Positions 52,185 to 64,000 of a stretch of DNA of 64,000 nt are shown here, in pieces; within the stretch, counting starts at the first letter, position 1; each line of letters starts with the position of its first letter. This DNA is from Spirochaetia bacterium (GTDB lineage Bacteria > Spirochaetota > Spirochaetia > SZUA-6 > Bin103): contig CBDAOI010000002.1 in assembly GCA_965198005.1 (NCBI GenBank), positions 224,001 through 288,000 on the forward strand, read 5' to 3'. Below the pieces are notes generated by a model, which did no database searches, was not told the origin of the DNA, and worked only from the letters and a program-made list of their open reading frames with translations. The translations under genes and the position numbers were made by a program.

Positions 52185-55100
52185 CTATGAGACCTCCTCC
52201 GGCGGCGCCTCCGCGGCAGGTGCCGGCGCGACCGCGGCCGGCGCGACCGCGGCCGGCTCGACCAGTTCGGCCTCGTCGAACGCCTCGTCGTATTCCTGCT
52301 CCTGCGCCTCGCGCGCCAACTCCTCCTGGCGCCGCTGCTCCAGGATGTGCTGGATCTTGACGTCCAGGTTCTCCATGTTCTCGTCGAACAGCTTGACGTC
52401 CCGATACTGGCGCATGCCGGTCCCGGCGGGGATCAGGTGGCCGATGATCACGTTCTCCTTGAGCCCGCTCAACCGGTCGGAGGAGCCCGCAATCGAGGAA
52501 TTGGTCAGGACCCGGGTGGTCTCCTGGAACGACGCCGCCGAAATGAAGGAGTCGATGTTCAACGACGCGCGCGTGATGCCGAGCAGCAGGGGCTGCGCCA
52601 CCGCGGGCTGGCCCCCCTCGCGGATCACCTTGCGGTTCTCCTCCTGGAACCGGTGGCGGTCGACCTGCTCGCCGTAGATGAAGGACGTGTCCCCCACCCC
52701 GACGATCTCGATCTTCTTCATCATCTGGCGAATGATCACGCCGATGTGCTTGTCGTTGATCTTGACGCCCTGCAGCCGGTATACCTCCTGGACCTCGTTC
52801 ACCAGGTAGCTCTGCAACTCGTTCTCGCCCAGGATCTGAAGAATGTCATGCGGATCGATGTTGCCGTCGCACAGCAACTCGCCCGCTTCCACGGTGTCGC
52901 CGTCGCGCACCAGCAGGTGCTTGCCCATCGGCACCGCGTGCTTGTATTCCTTGTCGAACGGGTCGATGACGCCGATCACCCGCTTGCTCTTGGAGATCCC
53001 CTTGAACTTTACGATACCGCCGATCTTGGCCAGCACCGCCGGTGACTTCGGGCGCCGCGCCTCGAACAGCTCGCCCACGCGCGGCAGACCGCCGGTGATG
53101 TCGCGCGTCTTGATGCTCTCCTTCAGCAGCTTGGCCACCACCCGGCCGGCGGTCACCTCCTCGCCGTCGTCGACGTTCAGGTAGGCCTGCCCCGGCAGGT
53201 AGTAGGTGGCCAACTCGTCGCCCTCGTCGCCGATCACGCTGAGCCGCGGCTGCAGTGACTCCAGGGGAAACTCGGTAATCTTCTTCTCGATCTTGCCGGT
53301 GTCTTCGTTGATCTCCTCGTTCAGGGTGGTGCCGAGCACGATGTCCTCGAACTGCACGCGGCCGGCGACCTCGGCAATGATCGGCTCTGCGAACGGGTCG
53401 AAGTAGGCGATGGTCTCGTCCGCCGGCACCACCTGACCGGTCTGCACCAGCAGCTCGGAGCCGTTGCGCACGTCGACCCGTTTGGGCTGGGCGATAATCA
53501 GCACCTCGTCGCCGTGGAAGAAGATGAAACCCACGTCCTGGGCCGGGATCGGGGCGCCGTCGCGGTCGATGATCGGCACGTCCTTGAGCACCTGCTGGCC
53601 GTCGGTCACCGCCACCCGGTCGCCCGGCCGGCGCGGGATCCGCTGGATCACCTTGTTCACGACCAGATAGCCCTTGCGGCTGAACAGCAGATTGCCGTTG
53701 TCGCGCGTCACGGTAGTGCCGTGGATCTCGCGCACGTACACCGGGTAGCGCAGGTAGATCCGGTTTTCTTCACTCACCTGAGTCGCTGCGCCGCCGATGT
53801 GGAAGGTGCGCATGGTGAGCTGGGTGCCCGGGTGGCCGATCGACTGCGCGGCGATGATGCCGACCGCCTCGCCGATCTCCACGGGGCGATTGTTGGCCAA
53901 GTTGCGACCATAGCACTTCTGGCACACGCCGCGCTTGGACTCGCAGGTCAGCACGGTGCGGATGCGCACCGTCTCGACGCCGATGCGCTCGATCAGCTCG
54001 GCAACCTCGTCACTAACGTCCTCGTTGACGTCGACCAGAATCTCGCCGGTAATCGGGTGGCGCACGCGCTCGAGGGTAAACCGTCCCGCAATGCGCTCGC
54101 GCAGCGCCTCGACCACCTCCTCCCCATCCTTGATCGCGCTGTGGTCGATGCCGTTGATGGTGCCGCAGTCGATCTCGTTCACCACCACGTCCTGCGCGAT
54201 GTCGACCAGCCGCCGGGTCAGATAGCCCGCGTCCGCGGTCTTGAGCGCGGTGTCGGCCAGTCCCTTGCGGGCGCCGTTGGTGGAGATGAAGAACTCGGTG
54301 ACGTCGAGCCCCTCCTTGAAGCTGGAGCGAATCGGCAGCTCGATGATGTCGCCGGACGGCTTGGCCATCAGGCCGCGCATGCCGGCGAGCTGACGGATCT
54401 GGCTGCGGCTGCCGCGGGCGCCCGAGTTGGCCATCATGTGCACCGGGTTGAAGCCGTGCTTGTCCGCCTCCAGCTCCTTCATCAACTCGTCGGTCAGATC
54501 GTCGTTGGTGGTGCTCCACACCTCGATGACGCGGTTGTAGCGCTCCTCGTTGGTGATGTGCCCTTGCAGATACTGGTTGTGGATCTGCTCCACCTTCTCG
54601 TTGGCCGCGCTGATCATCTGCCCCTTGGCGTCGGGAACGATGATGTCGTCCATGCCGATGGTGGCCCCGAACCTGGTCGCGAACCGGAACCCGAGCTCCT
54701 TGATCGAGTCGAGCATCTCGACGGTAACCTGCGGACCGTGCTCCTGATAGCACTGTGCGATCAGGTCGCGCAGGCCCTTCTCGTTGAGCGGCTCGTTGAT
54801 GTAGTCCAGCGCGTCCGGCAGCTCGTCGTTGAGAATGACCCGGCCCGGGGTGGTTTCGGTGTTGCCGTTGCCGCCGTTCAGACGCACGTGGATGCGGGCG
54901 TTGTAGTCGACGCTGCGGGCATCGATCGCCATCAGCACCTCGTTCGGGCCGGAGAAGTAGCGGCCCTCGCCCTTGGCGCCGGGCTTTACCAGCGTGAGGT
55001 AGTTGATGCCCAGCACCATGTCCTGGGTCGGCACCACGATCGGGGAGCCGTTGGCCGGATTGAGGAGATTCTGGGAGGAGAGCATCAGGGTCCAGCACTC

Positions 55101-56501
55101 GATCTGCGCCTCGGGGCTCAGCGGCACGTGCACCGCCATCTGGTCGCCGTCGAAGTCCGCGTTGAAGGCATGGCACACCAGTGGATGCAGCTTGATCGCC
55201 TTGCCTTCCACCAGCACCGGCTCGAACGCCTGAATGCCGAGCCGGTGCAGGGTCGGCGCCCGGTTGAGCAGCACCGGATGCTCGGCGATCACTTCTTCGA
55301 GCACCGCCCACACCTCGGGAGTCTCCTCCTCCACCAGGGACTTGGCCTTCTTGATGTTGTAGACCACGTCCTTTTCCACCAGCTTCTTCATGATGAAGGG
55401 CTTGAACAGCTCCAGCGCCATCTTGGTCGGCAGCCCGCACTGGTGGAGCTTGAGGTCCGGACCGACCACGATCACCGAGCGGCCGGAGTAGTCCACCCGT
55501 TTGCCCAGCAGGTTCTGACGGAACCGGCCCTGCTTGCCCTTGAGCAAGTCGGACAGCGACTTCAGGGGACGGTTGGCCGCGCCCTTCACCACGCGCTTCT
55601 TCTTGGAGTTGTCGAACAGCGCGTCGACCGCTTCCTGCAGCATGCGCTTCTCGTTGCGGATGATGATGTCGGGGGCGTTCAGCGCCAGCAGCCGCTTGAG
55701 CCGGTTGTTGCGGTTGATCACGCGCCGATAGAGGTCGTTGAGGTCGGAGGTCGCGAACCGGCCGCCGTCGAGCTGCACCATCGGCCGCAGCTCCGGCGGG
55801 ATGACCGGGATCACGTCCAGGATCATCCAATCCGGCTTGTTGCGCGAGTCGCGGAAGTTCTCGACGATCTCGATCCGCTTCAACAGGCGCTTGTCGCTCT
55901 TGGGACCCTTGTCCACCATCCGCGCGCGCAACTCCGCGCTCAGCGTGTCCAGGTCCAGACTCTCCAGCAGCGTGCGAATTGCCTCGGCGCCGATGTCGCA
56001 GGTGAAGGTCATCCCGAACTGATCACGCTTCTCGATATATTGGTCCTCGCTGAGCAGATCCATCCGCTTGAGGTCGGTGTCGCCGGGGTCGACCACGATG
56101 TACTTCTCGTAGTAGAGGATCGAGCGCAACGCGGTGATCGACAGGTCCAGCAGCAACCCCATGCGCGACGGCACCGAGCGGTAGAACCAGATGTGAGACA
56201 CCGGCGCCGCCAACTCGACGTGGCCCATGCGTTCGCGGCGCACGCGGAAGTGCGTTACCTCCACCCCGCAGCGATCGCAGATCACGCCGCGGTAGCGGAT
56301 CGACTTGAACTTGCCGCAGTAGCACTCCCACTCCTTGGTGGTGCCGAAGATGCGCTCGCAGAACAGGCCGTCCTTCTCCGGCCGCAGGCTGCGGTAGTTG
56401 ATCGTCTCGGGCTTCTTGACCTCGCCGTAGGACCAGGCCCGAATTTCCTCCGGCGACGCCAGCTTGATGGTGATGCGCTCGAAATCCTGAAAATCCCTCA
56501 T
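52185..56501 (-). CDS. rpoC: RNA polymerase beta' subunit
   Basis: MRDFQDFE start, [12 protein letters not shown] and the zinc-finger CYCGK...CDRC. Confidence 0.99.
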   Translation of the reverse strand: MRDFQDFERITIKLASPEEIRAWSYGEVKKPETINYRSLRPEKDGLFCERIFGTTKEWECYCGKFKSIRYRGVICDRCGVEVTHFRVRRERMGHVELAAPVSHIWFYRSVPSRMGLLLDLSITALRSILYYEKYIVVDPGDTDLKRMDLLSEDQYIEKRDQFGMTFTCDIGAEAIRTLLESLDLDTLSAELRARMVDKGPKSDKRLLKRIEIVENFRDSRNKPDWMILDVIPVIPPELRPMVQLDGGRFATSDLNDLYRRVINRNNRLKRLLALNAPDIIIRNEKRMLQEAVDALFDNSKKKRVVKGAANRPLKSLSDLLKGKQGRFRQNLLGKRVDYSGRSVIVVGPDLKLHQCGLPTKMALELFKPFIMKKLVEKDVVYNIKKAKSLVEEETPEVWAVLEEVIAEHPVLLNRAPTLHRLGIQAFEPVLVEGKAIKLHPLVCHAFNADFDGDQMAVHVPLSPEAQIECWTLMLSSQNLLNPANGSPIVVPTQDMVLGINYLTLVKPGAKGEGRYFSGPNEVLMAIDARSVDYNARIHVRLNGGNGNTETTPGRVILNDELPDALDYINEPLNEKGLRDLIAQCYQEHGPQVTVEMLDSIKELGFRFATRFGATIGMDDIIVPDAKGQMISAANEKVEQIHNQYLQGHITNEERYNRVIEVWSTTNDDLTDELMKELEADKHGFNPVHMMANSGARGSRSQIRQLAGMRGLMAKPSGDIIELPIRSSFKEGLDVTEFFISTNGARKGLADTALKTADAGYLTRRLVDIAQDVVVNEIDCGTINGIDHSAIKDGEEVVEALRERIAGRFTLERVRHPITGEILVDVNEDVSDEVAELIERIGVETVRIRTVLTCESKRGVCQKCYGRNLANNRPVEIGEAVGIIAAQSIGHPGTQLTMRTFHIGGAATQVSEENRIYLRYPVYVREIHGTTVTRDNGNLLFSRKGYLVVNKVIQRIPRRPGDRVAVTDGQQVLKDVPIIDRDGAPIPAQDVGFIFFHGDEVLIIAQPKRVDVRNGSELLVQTGQVVPADETIAYFDPFAEPIIAEVAGRVQFEDIVLGTTLNEEINEDTGKIEKKITEFPLESLQPRLSVIGDEGDELATYYLPGQAYLNVDDGEEVTAGRVVAKLLKESIKTRDITGGLPRVGELFEARRPKSPAVLAKIGGIVKFKGISKSKRVIGVIDPFDKEYKHAVPMGKHLLVRDGDTVEAGELLCDGNIDPHDILQILGENELQSYLVNEVQEVYRLQGVKINDKHIGVIIRQMMKKIEIVGVGDTSFIYGEQVDRHRFQEENRKVIREGGQPAVAQPLLLGITRASLNIDSFISAASFQETTRVLTNSSIAGSSDRLSGLKENVIIGHLIPAGTGMRQYRDVKLFDENMENLDVKIQHILEQRRQEELAREAQEQEYDEAFDEAELVEPAAVAPAAVAPAPAAEAPPEEVS

Positions 56502-56521
56502 GTTCCCTCCCTGGGAGCTCA

Positions 56522-59500
56522 TTAGAAGCGGCTTCCCTGACGGCTGATCAGTTCCTCGTCGCGCTCGGTAAGCGGGATCAGCTTGCCCTGCGAATCGTAG
56601 ATCGAGATGTCGAGCGTCAGTCCGCGCAGCTCCTGCACCAGCACGTTGAACGATTCGGGGATGCCGGAGCGCTGGAACGGCTCGCCCTTGACGATGCTTT
56701 CGTAGATCTTGGCGCGTCCGATCATGTCGTCGGACTTGACCGTGAGCAGCTCCTGGAGGGTATTGGCCGCGCCGTACGCTTCCAGTGCCCACACCTCCAT
56801 TTCGCCCAGCCGCTGCCCGCCGAACTGAGCCTTGCCGCCGAGCGGCTGCTGCGTAACCAGCGAGTAGGGACCGGTGGAGCGGGAGTGCATCTTGTCGTCC
56901 ACCAGGTGGTGGAGCTTCATCATGTAGATCACCCCCACGGTAACCGGATTCTCGAACGGCTCGCCGGTCATACCGTCGTAGAGCGTGATCTTGGAGGTCT
57001 CCGGCAGTCCCGCTGCCCTGAGCTTGTCGGCAATCATCTTGTTGGTGGCCGACTGAAACACCGGAGTGGCGTACCACTCGTGCAGTTCCCTGGCCGCCCA
57101 GCCCAGCTCGCTCTCCATGATCTGTCCCAGGTTCATGCGCGACGGCACGCCGAGCGGGTTGAGCACGATGTCGACCGGAGTGCCGTCGGCCATGAACGGC
57201 ATGTCCTCTTCCGGCAGGATGCGGGCGATCACGCCCTTGTTGCCGTGGCGCCCGGCCATCTTGTCGCCCTCCTGCAGCTTGCGCTTGGTCGCGACCAGGA
57301 CCTTCACCACCTCCTCGACACCGGGGTTGAGCTCGTCGCCGTCGGCTCGGCGCAGCCGCTGCACGTCGATCACCGTGCCGTCGACGCCGTGCGGAACCCG
57401 CAACGAGGTGTCCCGCACCTCCTTGGCCTTTTCGCCGAAGATGGAGTTGAGCAGCTTGAACTCGGGCGTGGAGTCGGTCTCGCTCTTGGGAGTGACCTTG
57501 CCTACCAGGATCGCCGAGTCGGGCACCTGCGCCCCAATCCGCACGATCCCCTCTTCATCGAGCTGCTCGAACGCCTGCTCGCTGGTGTTGGGGATGTCGC
57601 GGGTGATCTTTTCCGGCCCCAGCTTGGTTTCCCGGACATCGATCGAGAACTCCTTGATGTGAATCGAGGAGAACACATCCTCCTTCACCACCGTGGAGGA
57701 GACCAGAATGGCGTCCTCGTAGTTGTAGCCGTTCCAGGGCATGAACGCGACCACGATGTTGCGGCCGAGCGCCAACTCGCCGCGGTAGGTGGCAGGCCCA
57801 TCGGCGAGCACGCTGCCCGCCGCCACTCCCTGCCCGACCTGGACGATCGGCTTCTGCGAGAAGCAGGTGTCCTGGTTGGTGCGCTGGTACTTGATCAGGT
57901 CGTAGATGTCCAGGCCGTCTTCGAACCGGGCGATGCCGCTGTGGTCGGTGGTGCCGCTGCCGTTGGTGTCCGGCTTGACGCGCACCTGCTCACTGGTTAC
58001 GTGCACCACGGTGCCGGCGCGTTCGGCGAGCACCATCACGCCGGAGTCGTAGGCGGTCTTGCCTTCCATGCCGGTGCCGACCCGCGGCGGCTCCGGCCGA
58101 ATCAGCGGTACCGCCTGGCGCTGCATGTTGGAACCCATCAGGGCGCGGTTGGCGTCGTCGTGCTCCAGAAACGGGATCAAGGAGGCCGAGACCGAGATGA
58201 TCTGACGCGGCGACACGTCCATGTACTGGATCGAATCCGCGGCGGCGGTGATGTAGTCGCCGCCTTTGCGCACGGCGATCAGGTTGTCGACGAACCCGCC
58301 CGTGTCGTCGATTGCGGCGCCCGCCTGGGCGATGAAGAATTTTTCTTCCTCTATTGCGGAAAGATATTCGATGCGGGGGGTCACCTTGCCGTTTTCGACC
58401 CGGCGGTAGGGAGTCTCCAGAAAGCCGTAGTCGTTCACGGTGGTGTAATTCGCAAGCGACACGATCAGTCCGATGTTGGGTCCCTCCGGGGTCTCGATCG
58501 GACACATGCGGCCGTAATGGGTGTAGTGGACGTCACGCACCTCGAACCCGGCGCGGTCGCGCGACAGACCACCGGGGCCGAGCGCGTTGAGGCGCCGCTT
58601 GTGGGTGAGCTCCGCGAGCGGATTCACCTGATCCATGAACTGCGAGAGCTGGCTGGAACCGAAGAACTCCTTGATCGTCGCCACGATCGGTTTGATCGAG
58701 ATCAGGTCCTGCGGGCGGATGGTATCCGCCTCCTTGAGCGACATCCGTTCCTTGGCGATCCGCTCCATGCGGGTGAACGCCACCTTCAGGTGATTGGTGA
58801 GCAGCTCGCCGACCGAGCGTACGCGGCGGTTGCCGAGGTGATCGATGTCATCGACGTTGCCTTCGCCGATGTAGACCCGTACCAGGAAGGCGATCGTGGC
58901 CACGATGTCGTCCGGCGCCAGCGTGTGGCTCGTCTTGGGCTTGGCGTAGTCGAACTTCTTGTTGAGCTTGTAGCGCCCGACCCGCCCCAGGTCGTAGCGG
59001 CGGGCGGAGAAGAACATGCTGTGCAGATCCTTCTCCGCGCCGTCGACGGTGATCGGCTCGCCCGGCTTGATTACCGTGTACACCTGCGAGATCGCCTCTT
59101 CGCGGGACGGCTCGTCGCGTTCGCCGGGTCCCTTGATCAGTCCGACCTCCTCTCGTTCGAAGCAGTTGAAGATGATCGGCGAGTGCAGCGACTCGGGGTG
59201 GTCGAAGTCGACGATCTGCACCTCGTCGATGCCCAGGTGCAGCAGTTCCTCGACGTCGTGCGGATGAATCTTCTCTCCGGCGCGGTACAGCTTCTTGCGG
59301 TCCGGCCCCTCCTCCCGGCGATATACCGCCCGCGCCAGCACCGTGCCGATCAGGTTCTCCTTGGCTTCCGCCGTATCTTCGATCTTCACCGAGCGCGTGC
59401 GGTGGAACAGCGGGATGATCTCCTCGCGACTGTCGAACCCCAACGCCCGCAGGAAGATGGTGACCAGCAACCGTTTCTTGCGGTCGATCTTGGCGTGCAG

Positions 59501-60172
59501 CAGCTCGTTCTTCTGATCGATCTCGAATTCCAGCCAGGAACCGCGATACGGAATGATGCGCGAGGTGTAGGCACCCTTCTCGTACGAGAAGATTACGCCG
59601 GGCGAACGATGAATCTGACTGACCACCACCCGCTCGGCACCGTTGATGATGAACGTGCCACGTCCGGTCATCAGGGGGATGTCGCCCATGTAGATCTCTT
59701 TCTGACGGATCTCGCCGGTGTTGAGAAACACCAGGTTGATGCGCGCCTTGATCGGTATCACGAACGACAGGCCCTTGTTCTTGCACTGCTGCTCGGTGAG
59801 CTTGATGCCTTCCTCGTCGAGGCCGTAACCGACGTACTCCAACACCATGTCGGCGTTCGGACTCTCGATCGGGAACACGTCCTGAAACACTTCCTCGAGT
59901 CCGCGCGGCTCCGGGGCCGCGCCCGCCGCGAGCTGCTTGCGCTGGAGGAACCGCTCATACGACGAGAGCTGGATATCCACCAGATTGGGCATGGCGATCA
60001 CTTCTTCACGCCCGCGGCCGAGGAACGTGCGGGCGATGTCCACGTCGGACGTGGCCGGCGCGGTGCCGGTGCCGTTGCGCGGAGTACGGGTCCGAAAGAG
60101 CTGACCATCGGGCCCTGCCTGCGCATCGCTGTCCATGGTATTGCCTGTCACGGAGTGACCGTGCTGACTCAT
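56522..60172 (-). CDS. rpoB: RNA polymerase beta subunit
   Basis: [12 protein letters not shown] and [18 protein letters not shown]; start uncertain (60172 or 60137). Confidence 0.99.
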   Translation of the reverse strand: MSQHGHSVTGNTMDSDAQAGPDGQLFRTRTPRNGTGTAPATSDVDIARTFLGRGREEVIAMPNLVDIQLSSYERFLQRKQLAAGAAPEPRGLEEVFQDVFPIESPNADMVLEYVGYGLDEEGIKLTEQQCKNKGLSFVIPIKARINLVFLNTGEIRQKEIYMGDIPLMTGRGTFIINGAERVVVSQIHRSPGVIFSYEKGAYTSRIIPYRGSWLEFEIDQKNELLHAKIDRKKRLLVTIFLRALGFDSREEIIPLFHRTRSVKIEDTAEAKENLIGTVLARAVYRREEGPDRKKLYRAGEKIHPHDVEELLHLGIDEVQIVDFDHPESLHSPIIFNCFEREEVGLIKGPGERDEPSREEAISQVYTVIKPGEPITVDGAEKDLHSMFFSARRYDLGRVGRYKLNKKFDYAKPKTSHTLAPDDIVATIAFLVRVYIGEGNVDDIDHLGNRRVRSVGELLTNHLKVAFTRMERIAKERMSLKEADTIRPQDLISIKPIVATIKEFFGSSQLSQFMDQVNPLAELTHKRRLNALGPGGLSRDRAGFEVRDVHYTHYGRMCPIETPEGPNIGLIVSLANYTTVNDYGFLETPYRRVENGKVTPRIEYLSAIEEEKFFIAQAGAAIDDTGGFVDNLIAVRKGGDYITAAADSIQYMDVSPRQIISVSASLIPFLEHDDANRALMGSNMQRQAVPLIRPEPPRVGTGMEGKTAYDSGVMVLAERAGTVVHVTSEQVRVKPDTNGSGTTDHSGIARFEDGLDIYDLIKYQRTNQDTCFSQKPIVQVGQGVAAGSVLADGPATYRGELALGRNIVVAFMPWNGYNYEDAILVSSTVVKEDVFSSIHIKEFSIDVRETKLGPEKITRDIPNTSEQAFEQLDEEGIVRIGAQVPDSAILVGKVTPKSETDSTPEFKLLNSIFGEKAKEVRDTSLRVPHGVDGTVIDVQRLRRADGDELNPGVEEVVKVLVATKRKLQEGDKMAGRHGNKGVIARILPEEDMPFMADGTPVDIVLNPLGVPSRMNLGQIMESELGWAARELHEWYATPVFQSATNKMIADKLRAAGLPETSKITLYDGMTGEPFENPVTVGVIYMMKLHHLVDDKMHSRSTGPYSLVTQQPLGGKAQFGGQRLGEMEVWALEAYGAANTLQELLTVKSDDMIGRAKIYESIVKGEPFQRSGIPESFNVLVQELRGLTLDISIYDSQGKLIPLTERDEELISRQGSRF

Positions 60173-60317
60173 CTCTTATGACTCCTAAGCGGGAAGTAGG
60201 CCCGGCTCACGCCGCGGCAACGCGGCCACGCGGCCGGGTGAGAACGGATTCTGCTCGGATGCGCGCGCGTAGCGCGCGCTGTGACGATAAAAGCGAAGAC
60301 AGCGAATCGTCGATCGC

Positions 60318-60707
60318 CTATTGCACCTCGACGGTGCCGCCGGCGGTCTCCAACTGCTCCTTCAGCTTCTGCGCTTCCTCTTTGGATACCGCCTCTTTCA
60401 CCGGCCGGTCCTGGTTCTCCACCAGATCCTTGGCCTCCTTGAGACCCAGCCCGGTAATCGCGCGCACCTCCTTGATGATCGGGATCTTCTTGCCGGCATC
60501 GAATCCCTTGAGCAGCACCGTGAACTCGGTCTGCTCTTCCTCCTCCTCGGCGGCCTCGGCGACCGCCACCGGCGCGCCGGCGACCGCCACCGGCGCCGCC
60601 GCGCTTACCCCGAACTTGCTCTCGAACGCCTTTACCAGCTCCGAGACCTCGAGCACGCTCATCTCCGCGATCGCGTCGATGATCTGTTCTGACGAAATTA
60701 CCGCCAT
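60318..60707 (-). CDS. rplL: 50S ribosomal protein L7/L12
   Basis: [11 protein letters not shown] and [12 protein letters not shown]. Confidence 0.97.
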   Translation of the reverse strand: MAVISSEQIIDAIAEMSVLEVSELVKAFESKFGVSAAAPVAVAGAPVAVAEAAEEEEEQTEFTVLLKGFDAGKKIPIIKEVRAITGLGLKEAKDLVENQDRPVKEAVSKEEAQKLKEQLETAGGTVEVQ

Positions 60708-60748
60708 TCTTCCTCCTATTCCTACTGGATTATGCACAACCTGTCGAG

Positions 60749-61351
60749 CTATCCGTTGTCCGTTGGCGTGTCCGACGCGGCCGCGCCGGACGGTTCGGCC
60801 TTCCGCTCCGCCACCGCCTGCAGCACGCGCGCCACCTGTGCCACCGACGCCTGCAGCACCGAAACGAAGTTGCGTATCGGCGCATTCATCGCACCCATGA
60901 GCGTTGCCAGCAACTGCTCGCGCCCCGGCAGCCGCGACAGCGCGGTTACCTCGCCCGGGCCGATCGCCCTGCCTTCGACATAGCCGCCCTTGACCTCGAG
61001 CGACGTGGTGCGGCCGAAGTCCAGCAACGCCTTGGACACCGCGCTGAGGTCGCCGCCGCCGGGCACCAGCGCCAGCGCGGTCGGCCCGGTCAGGAACGGC
61101 TCGGTGCCGGCGTAACCAAGATCCTGCAGCGCGATCCTGGTGTAGCGATTCTGCACCACGGTGAACCGCGTGCCCCGGTCCCTGAGCCTGCCCCGCAACT
61201 CGGTGATCTGACTCACGGTCAAGCCCCGGTAATCGGAGAAGTAGAGGTTCGGGCACTCCTCCACCGCTTCCCTGATCGCCGCCACGGCATCGACCTTGTA
61301 CTGCTGCGGCTCGCCGGCTCCCGCAACGGCGCCATGGCTCGCGCTACGCAT
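60749..61351 (-). CDS. rplJ: 50S ribosomal protein L10
   Basis: [14 protein letters not shown] and LTGPTAL; start approximate. Confidence 0.95.
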   Translation of the reverse strand: MRSASHGAVAGAGEPQQYKVDAVAAIREAVEECPNLYFSDYRGLTVSQITELRGRLRDRGTRFTVVQNRYTRIALQDLGYAGTEPFLTGPTALALVPGGGDLSAVSKALLDFGRTTSLEVKGGYVEGRAIGPGEVTALSRLPGREQLLATLMGAMNAPIRNFVSVLQASVAQVARVLQAVAERKAEPSGAAASDTPTDNG

Positions 61352-62015
61352 GGTCGACGCGGACCCCGGGGCCCATGGTGGAACTGAGCGCCACCGACAC
61401 GACGAAGTCGCCCTTGAGATCGGCGGGGCGGCGCTTGCCCACCTCGCCCAGCAGAGCCTGCACGTTCTCGACCACCGGGCCCGGCTCCATCGACGCCTTG
61501 CCCACGGCCATGTGCACGACCCCGGTCTTGTCCGCCCGGAACTCGACCCGTCCCCGCCGCAGTTCCGCGATGGTGGCGGTCAGGTCGTTGGTCACGGTCC
61601 GGGTCTTGGGGTTGGGCATCAGGCCGCGACGCCCAAGCACGGGCCCGAGCTTGCCGACGTGGCGCATCATGTCCGGAGTCGCGACCGCGACCTCGAAATC
61701 GACCCAGCCGCCGCGTATCTTCTCCACCAGCTCTTCCGCGCCGACGTACGCGGCACCGGCGGCTCTGGCTTCCTCCGCCTTGTCCCCGCGGGCGAATACC
61801 AGGATCCGCTGCTCGGCCTGAAAGCCGTGCGGCAGCACGGTGGTGGCGCGTACCGTCTGGTTGCCCTTGAGCCTGACCTTGACGTGGCACTCGACGGTCT
61901 CGTCGAACTTGGCGGAGGCGGCCCGTTTGACCACTTCGACCGCTTCCGTGAGCGGATAGGCACGCCCGGCCACACGCTGCTCGACGGCCGCCCGGTACCG
62001 TTTACTGCGCGACAT
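61344..62015 (-). CDS. rplA: 50S ribosomal protein L1
   Basis: [19 protein letters not shown] and SSTMGPG. Confidence 0.97.
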   Translation of the reverse strand: MSRSKRYRAAVEQRVAGRAYPLTEAVEVVKRAASAKFDETVECHVKVRLKGNQTVRATTVLPHGFQAEQRILVFARGDKAEEARAAGAAYVGAEELVEKIRGGWVDFEVAVATPDMMRHVGKLGPVLGRRGLMPNPKTRTVTNDLTATIAELRRGRVEFRADKTGVVHMAVGKASMEPGPVVENVQALLGEVGKRRPADLKGDFVVSVALSSTMGPGVRVDHA

Positions 62016-62460
62016 ACCCCTCTCCCTCGATTCCCTCGATCGTAACGCCCATGCTGCGCGCGGTTCCGGCAATCACCTTGGACGCGGCCGCCAAGTCATT
62101 GGCGTTCAGATCGGGCAGCTTGCGAGTCGCAATCTCCTCCAGGGCAGCGCGGCTGATGCTGCCCACCTTGTCGCGGTTGGACTCCGCCGAGCCCTTTTCC
62201 AACCCGATCGCCTTCTTGATCAACACCGCCGCCGGCGGTGTCCTGGTTTCGAAGCTGAACGTGCGGTCGGCGTATACGGTGACCACCACCGGTATCGTCA
62301 AGCCCGCTTCCTCGTTTTTGGTGCGGTCGTTGAATTGCTGCACGAACTGCGGCGCACTGACGCCGTGCGGCCCCAGGGCGGGACCCACCGGCGGCGCCGG
62401 AGTGGCCTGTCCGGCCGGAACCTGCAGCTTGATCACCGCACTGACACGTTTCTTTGCCAT
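62002..62460 (-). CDS. rplK: 50S ribosomal protein L11
   Basis: [12 protein letters not shown] and AGTARSMG. Confidence 0.97.
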   Translation of the reverse strand: MAKKRVSAVIKLQVPAGQATPAPPVGPALGPHGVSAPQFVQQFNDRTKNEEAGLTIPVVVTVYADRTFSFETRTPPAAVLIKKAIGLEKGSAESNRDKVGSISRAALEEIATRKLPDLNANDLAAASKVIAGTARSMGVTIEGIEGEGYVAQ

Positions 62461-62473
62461 TGCCTGCCCCCTG

Positions 62474-63028
62474 CTACACCTTCTCCACCTGGAGAAAGTC
62501 CAGCTCCACCGGCGTCGAACGGCCGAAGATACCCACCGAGACGCGCAACTTGCCTTTCTCCAGATTCACCTCGTCCACCGTCCCGGTGAACGAATCGAAC
62601 GGGCCGTCCACAATCCGCACCGACTCGCCGAGCGCGAAGTTCTGGCGCGGCCGCATCATCTTGTCGGTCTTGATCGCGCCCGACTTTTGCAGAATGGCAC
62701 GGACCTCGTCCCCCGATATGGGATACGGCCTGCGCCCGCTCTGCGCACCCACGAACGCGGTCACCCCCTGGATCCGGCGGACCGAGGCAGTCAGCTCCTT
62801 CCACCGGGAGTCGCCCAGGTCCATCTCCAACAGGATGTAGCCGGGCAGGAACTTCTTCGAGGTGACCCGCTTCTTGCCGTCCTTGACCTCCACGACCTCT
62901 TCCTGCGGCACCTTGACGTCGAACAACTGGTCCTTGAACTCCTGGCTTTCCATGAGACGCGTCAGGTGCTTCTGCACCTTGTTCTCGTAACCGGAGTAGG
63001 TATGTACCACGTACCAACCCTTCGCCAT
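62474..63028 (-). CDS. nusG: Transcription termination/antitermination factor NusG
   Basis: [21 protein letters not shown] and [10 protein letters not shown]. Confidence 0.98.
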   Translation of the reverse strand: MAKGWYVVHTYSGYENKVQKHLTRLMESQEFKDQLFDVKVPQEEVVEVKDGKKRVTSKKFLPGYILLEMDLGDSRWKELTASVRRIQGVTAFVGAQSGRRPYPISGDEVRAILQKSGAIKTDKMMRPRQNFALGESVRIVDGPFDSFTGTVDEVNLEKGKLRVSVGIFGRSTPVELDFLQVEKV

Positions 63029-63050
63029 CGTCAGTCCCTGTCGGCAGTCC

Positions 63051-63230
63051 CTAGAAGATGAAGTCGATCGCCTGAAAAAAGACGAAGTCCACCAGGCCCA
63101 GCGCCACCGCGATCAGCGCGACCGAGATCAGGACGATCCGGGTCGAGTTGCCGACTTCCTCGCGACTCGGCCACGACACCTTGCGCAACTCGGCATAGCT
63201 CTCGCGAAAGAACTGGAAGACACGTCTCAC
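63051..63230 (-). CDS. secE: Preprotein translocase subunit SecE
   Basis: Translated by hand: FFRESYAELRKVSWPSREEV plus one TM helix; canonical position. Confidence 0.93.
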   Translation of the reverse strand: MRRVFQFFRESYAELRKVSWPSREEVGNSTRIVLISVALIAVALGLVDFVFFQAIDFIF

Positions 63231-63269
63231 CAGTCGTACCTACTCGCCGGGCGCCGCCGGAAACCGGTC

Positions 63270-63343
63270 CAGGCCAGGCAGGATTCGAACCTGCAACATC
63301 CGGTTTTGGAGACCGGCGCTCTGCCGATTGGAGCTACTGGCCT
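63270..63343 (-). tRNA. tRNA-Trp (CCA)
   Basis: Cloverleaf AGGCCAGTAGCTCC...CTCCAAA...GGTTCGAATCC; canonical position before secE. Confidence 0.95.
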
Positions 63344-63479
63344 CGGCTGTTTCATTCATCCGTACTCGGTCACTCTCCGCACCCCACAGGCGCACCGAAC
63401 CGCCGCCGCGCGTCGATCCGGTTACGCCGGCCTGGCGCCGGCACGCGCCGCCGGCGGGGCCCGCGGCTCGCCGGTGCGG

Positions 63480-63671
63480 CTATTTGACCTTCGTCTCCCG
63501 ATGTTTGGTATGGGTACGACAACGCGGGCAATACTTCTTCAATTGCAGCTTGCCCTGCTTCGTACGGCGGTTCTTCGAGGTGGTGTAGTTGCGCACGTGT
63601 ACCCCACCCGGCCCCTCGGAGCACGGTTCGCACTCCAGGGCCACCAGCTCAGCGACCTTGGCCTTGGCCAT
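63480..63671 (-). CDS. rpmG: 50S ribosomal protein L33, zinc-binding type
   Basis: LECEPC...[10 protein letters not shown]...[16 protein letters not shown]. Confidence 0.95.
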   Translation of the reverse strand: MAKAKVAELVALECEPCSEGPGGVHVRNYTTSKNRRTKQGKLQLKKYCPRCRTHTKHRETKVK

Positions 63672-63754
63672 CTACGGAGATCTCCATTCTCACTCGGATG
63701 TGACTCGGATCTGACTCGGAACCGGTAGTATAGCCACGTTCGACGAACGTGGCA

Positions 63755-63827
63755 AGCCCCCGACCGGATTTGAACCGGTGACCCCCACCTTACCATGGTG
63801 GTGCTCTACCAGCTGAGCTACAGAGGC
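63755..63827 (-). tRNA. tRNA-Thr (GGT)
   Basis: Cloverleaf GCCTCTGTAGCTCAGCTGGTAGAGC...ATGGTAA...GGTTCAAATCC. Confidence 0.93.
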
Positions 63828-64000
63828 CTGGGCCGCCGACGGTGCGGCCTGCCCGGCAAGCTAACCACGCGCGCGCCGATTGTCAATCGGAGACGGCCCG
63901 CCGGCGCAGCTGGTCGCGGCCGATGCGCGCAGTTTCCAGGTCCGGGTCCAGAGCCAGCGCCTGCTCGAAGCTGCGGAGCGCTTCCTCGGCGTGCCCGAGG

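Overview
High-GC window, most likely from a Spirochaetota bacterium (inferred from the RpoA N-terminus [20 protein letters not shown], spirochaete-style signal peptides, and the rplQ-rny-ymdB-tlyA...der gene order). From 27.9 kb to 64 kb it holds the core minus-strand translation/transcription supercluster: tRNA-Thr, rpmG, tRNA-Trp, secE, nusG, rplKAJL, rpoBC, the str/S10/spc/alpha operons, rny, ymdB and tlyA. The first 4.5 kb hold a TPR protein, der and a GerMN protein. Between them lies a ~23 kb accessory island (about 4.5-27.9 kb). It is built around repeated Dpp/Opp-type ABC cassettes (substrate-binding protein plus two permeases, no ATPase): two are intact and three are eroded relics, and a fourth relic sits in the rpoC-rpsL spacer. 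Both intact cassettes are preceded by the same ~240 bp non-coding element (sigma70-type promoter, structured leader, poly-G tract). The cassettes are interleaved with a group II intron relic interrupted by a RIT-like triple recombinase element, IS630 and IS1634 elements, AAA/PD-(D/E)XK-type genes, an Rpn protein and a toxin-antitoxin-like pair. Other oddities are an 18-bp tandem-repeat extension on RpoA and a candidate leader-peptide hairpin. No CRISPR array or rRNA gene was seen. All family assignments are from motif recognition by eye; no searches were run.
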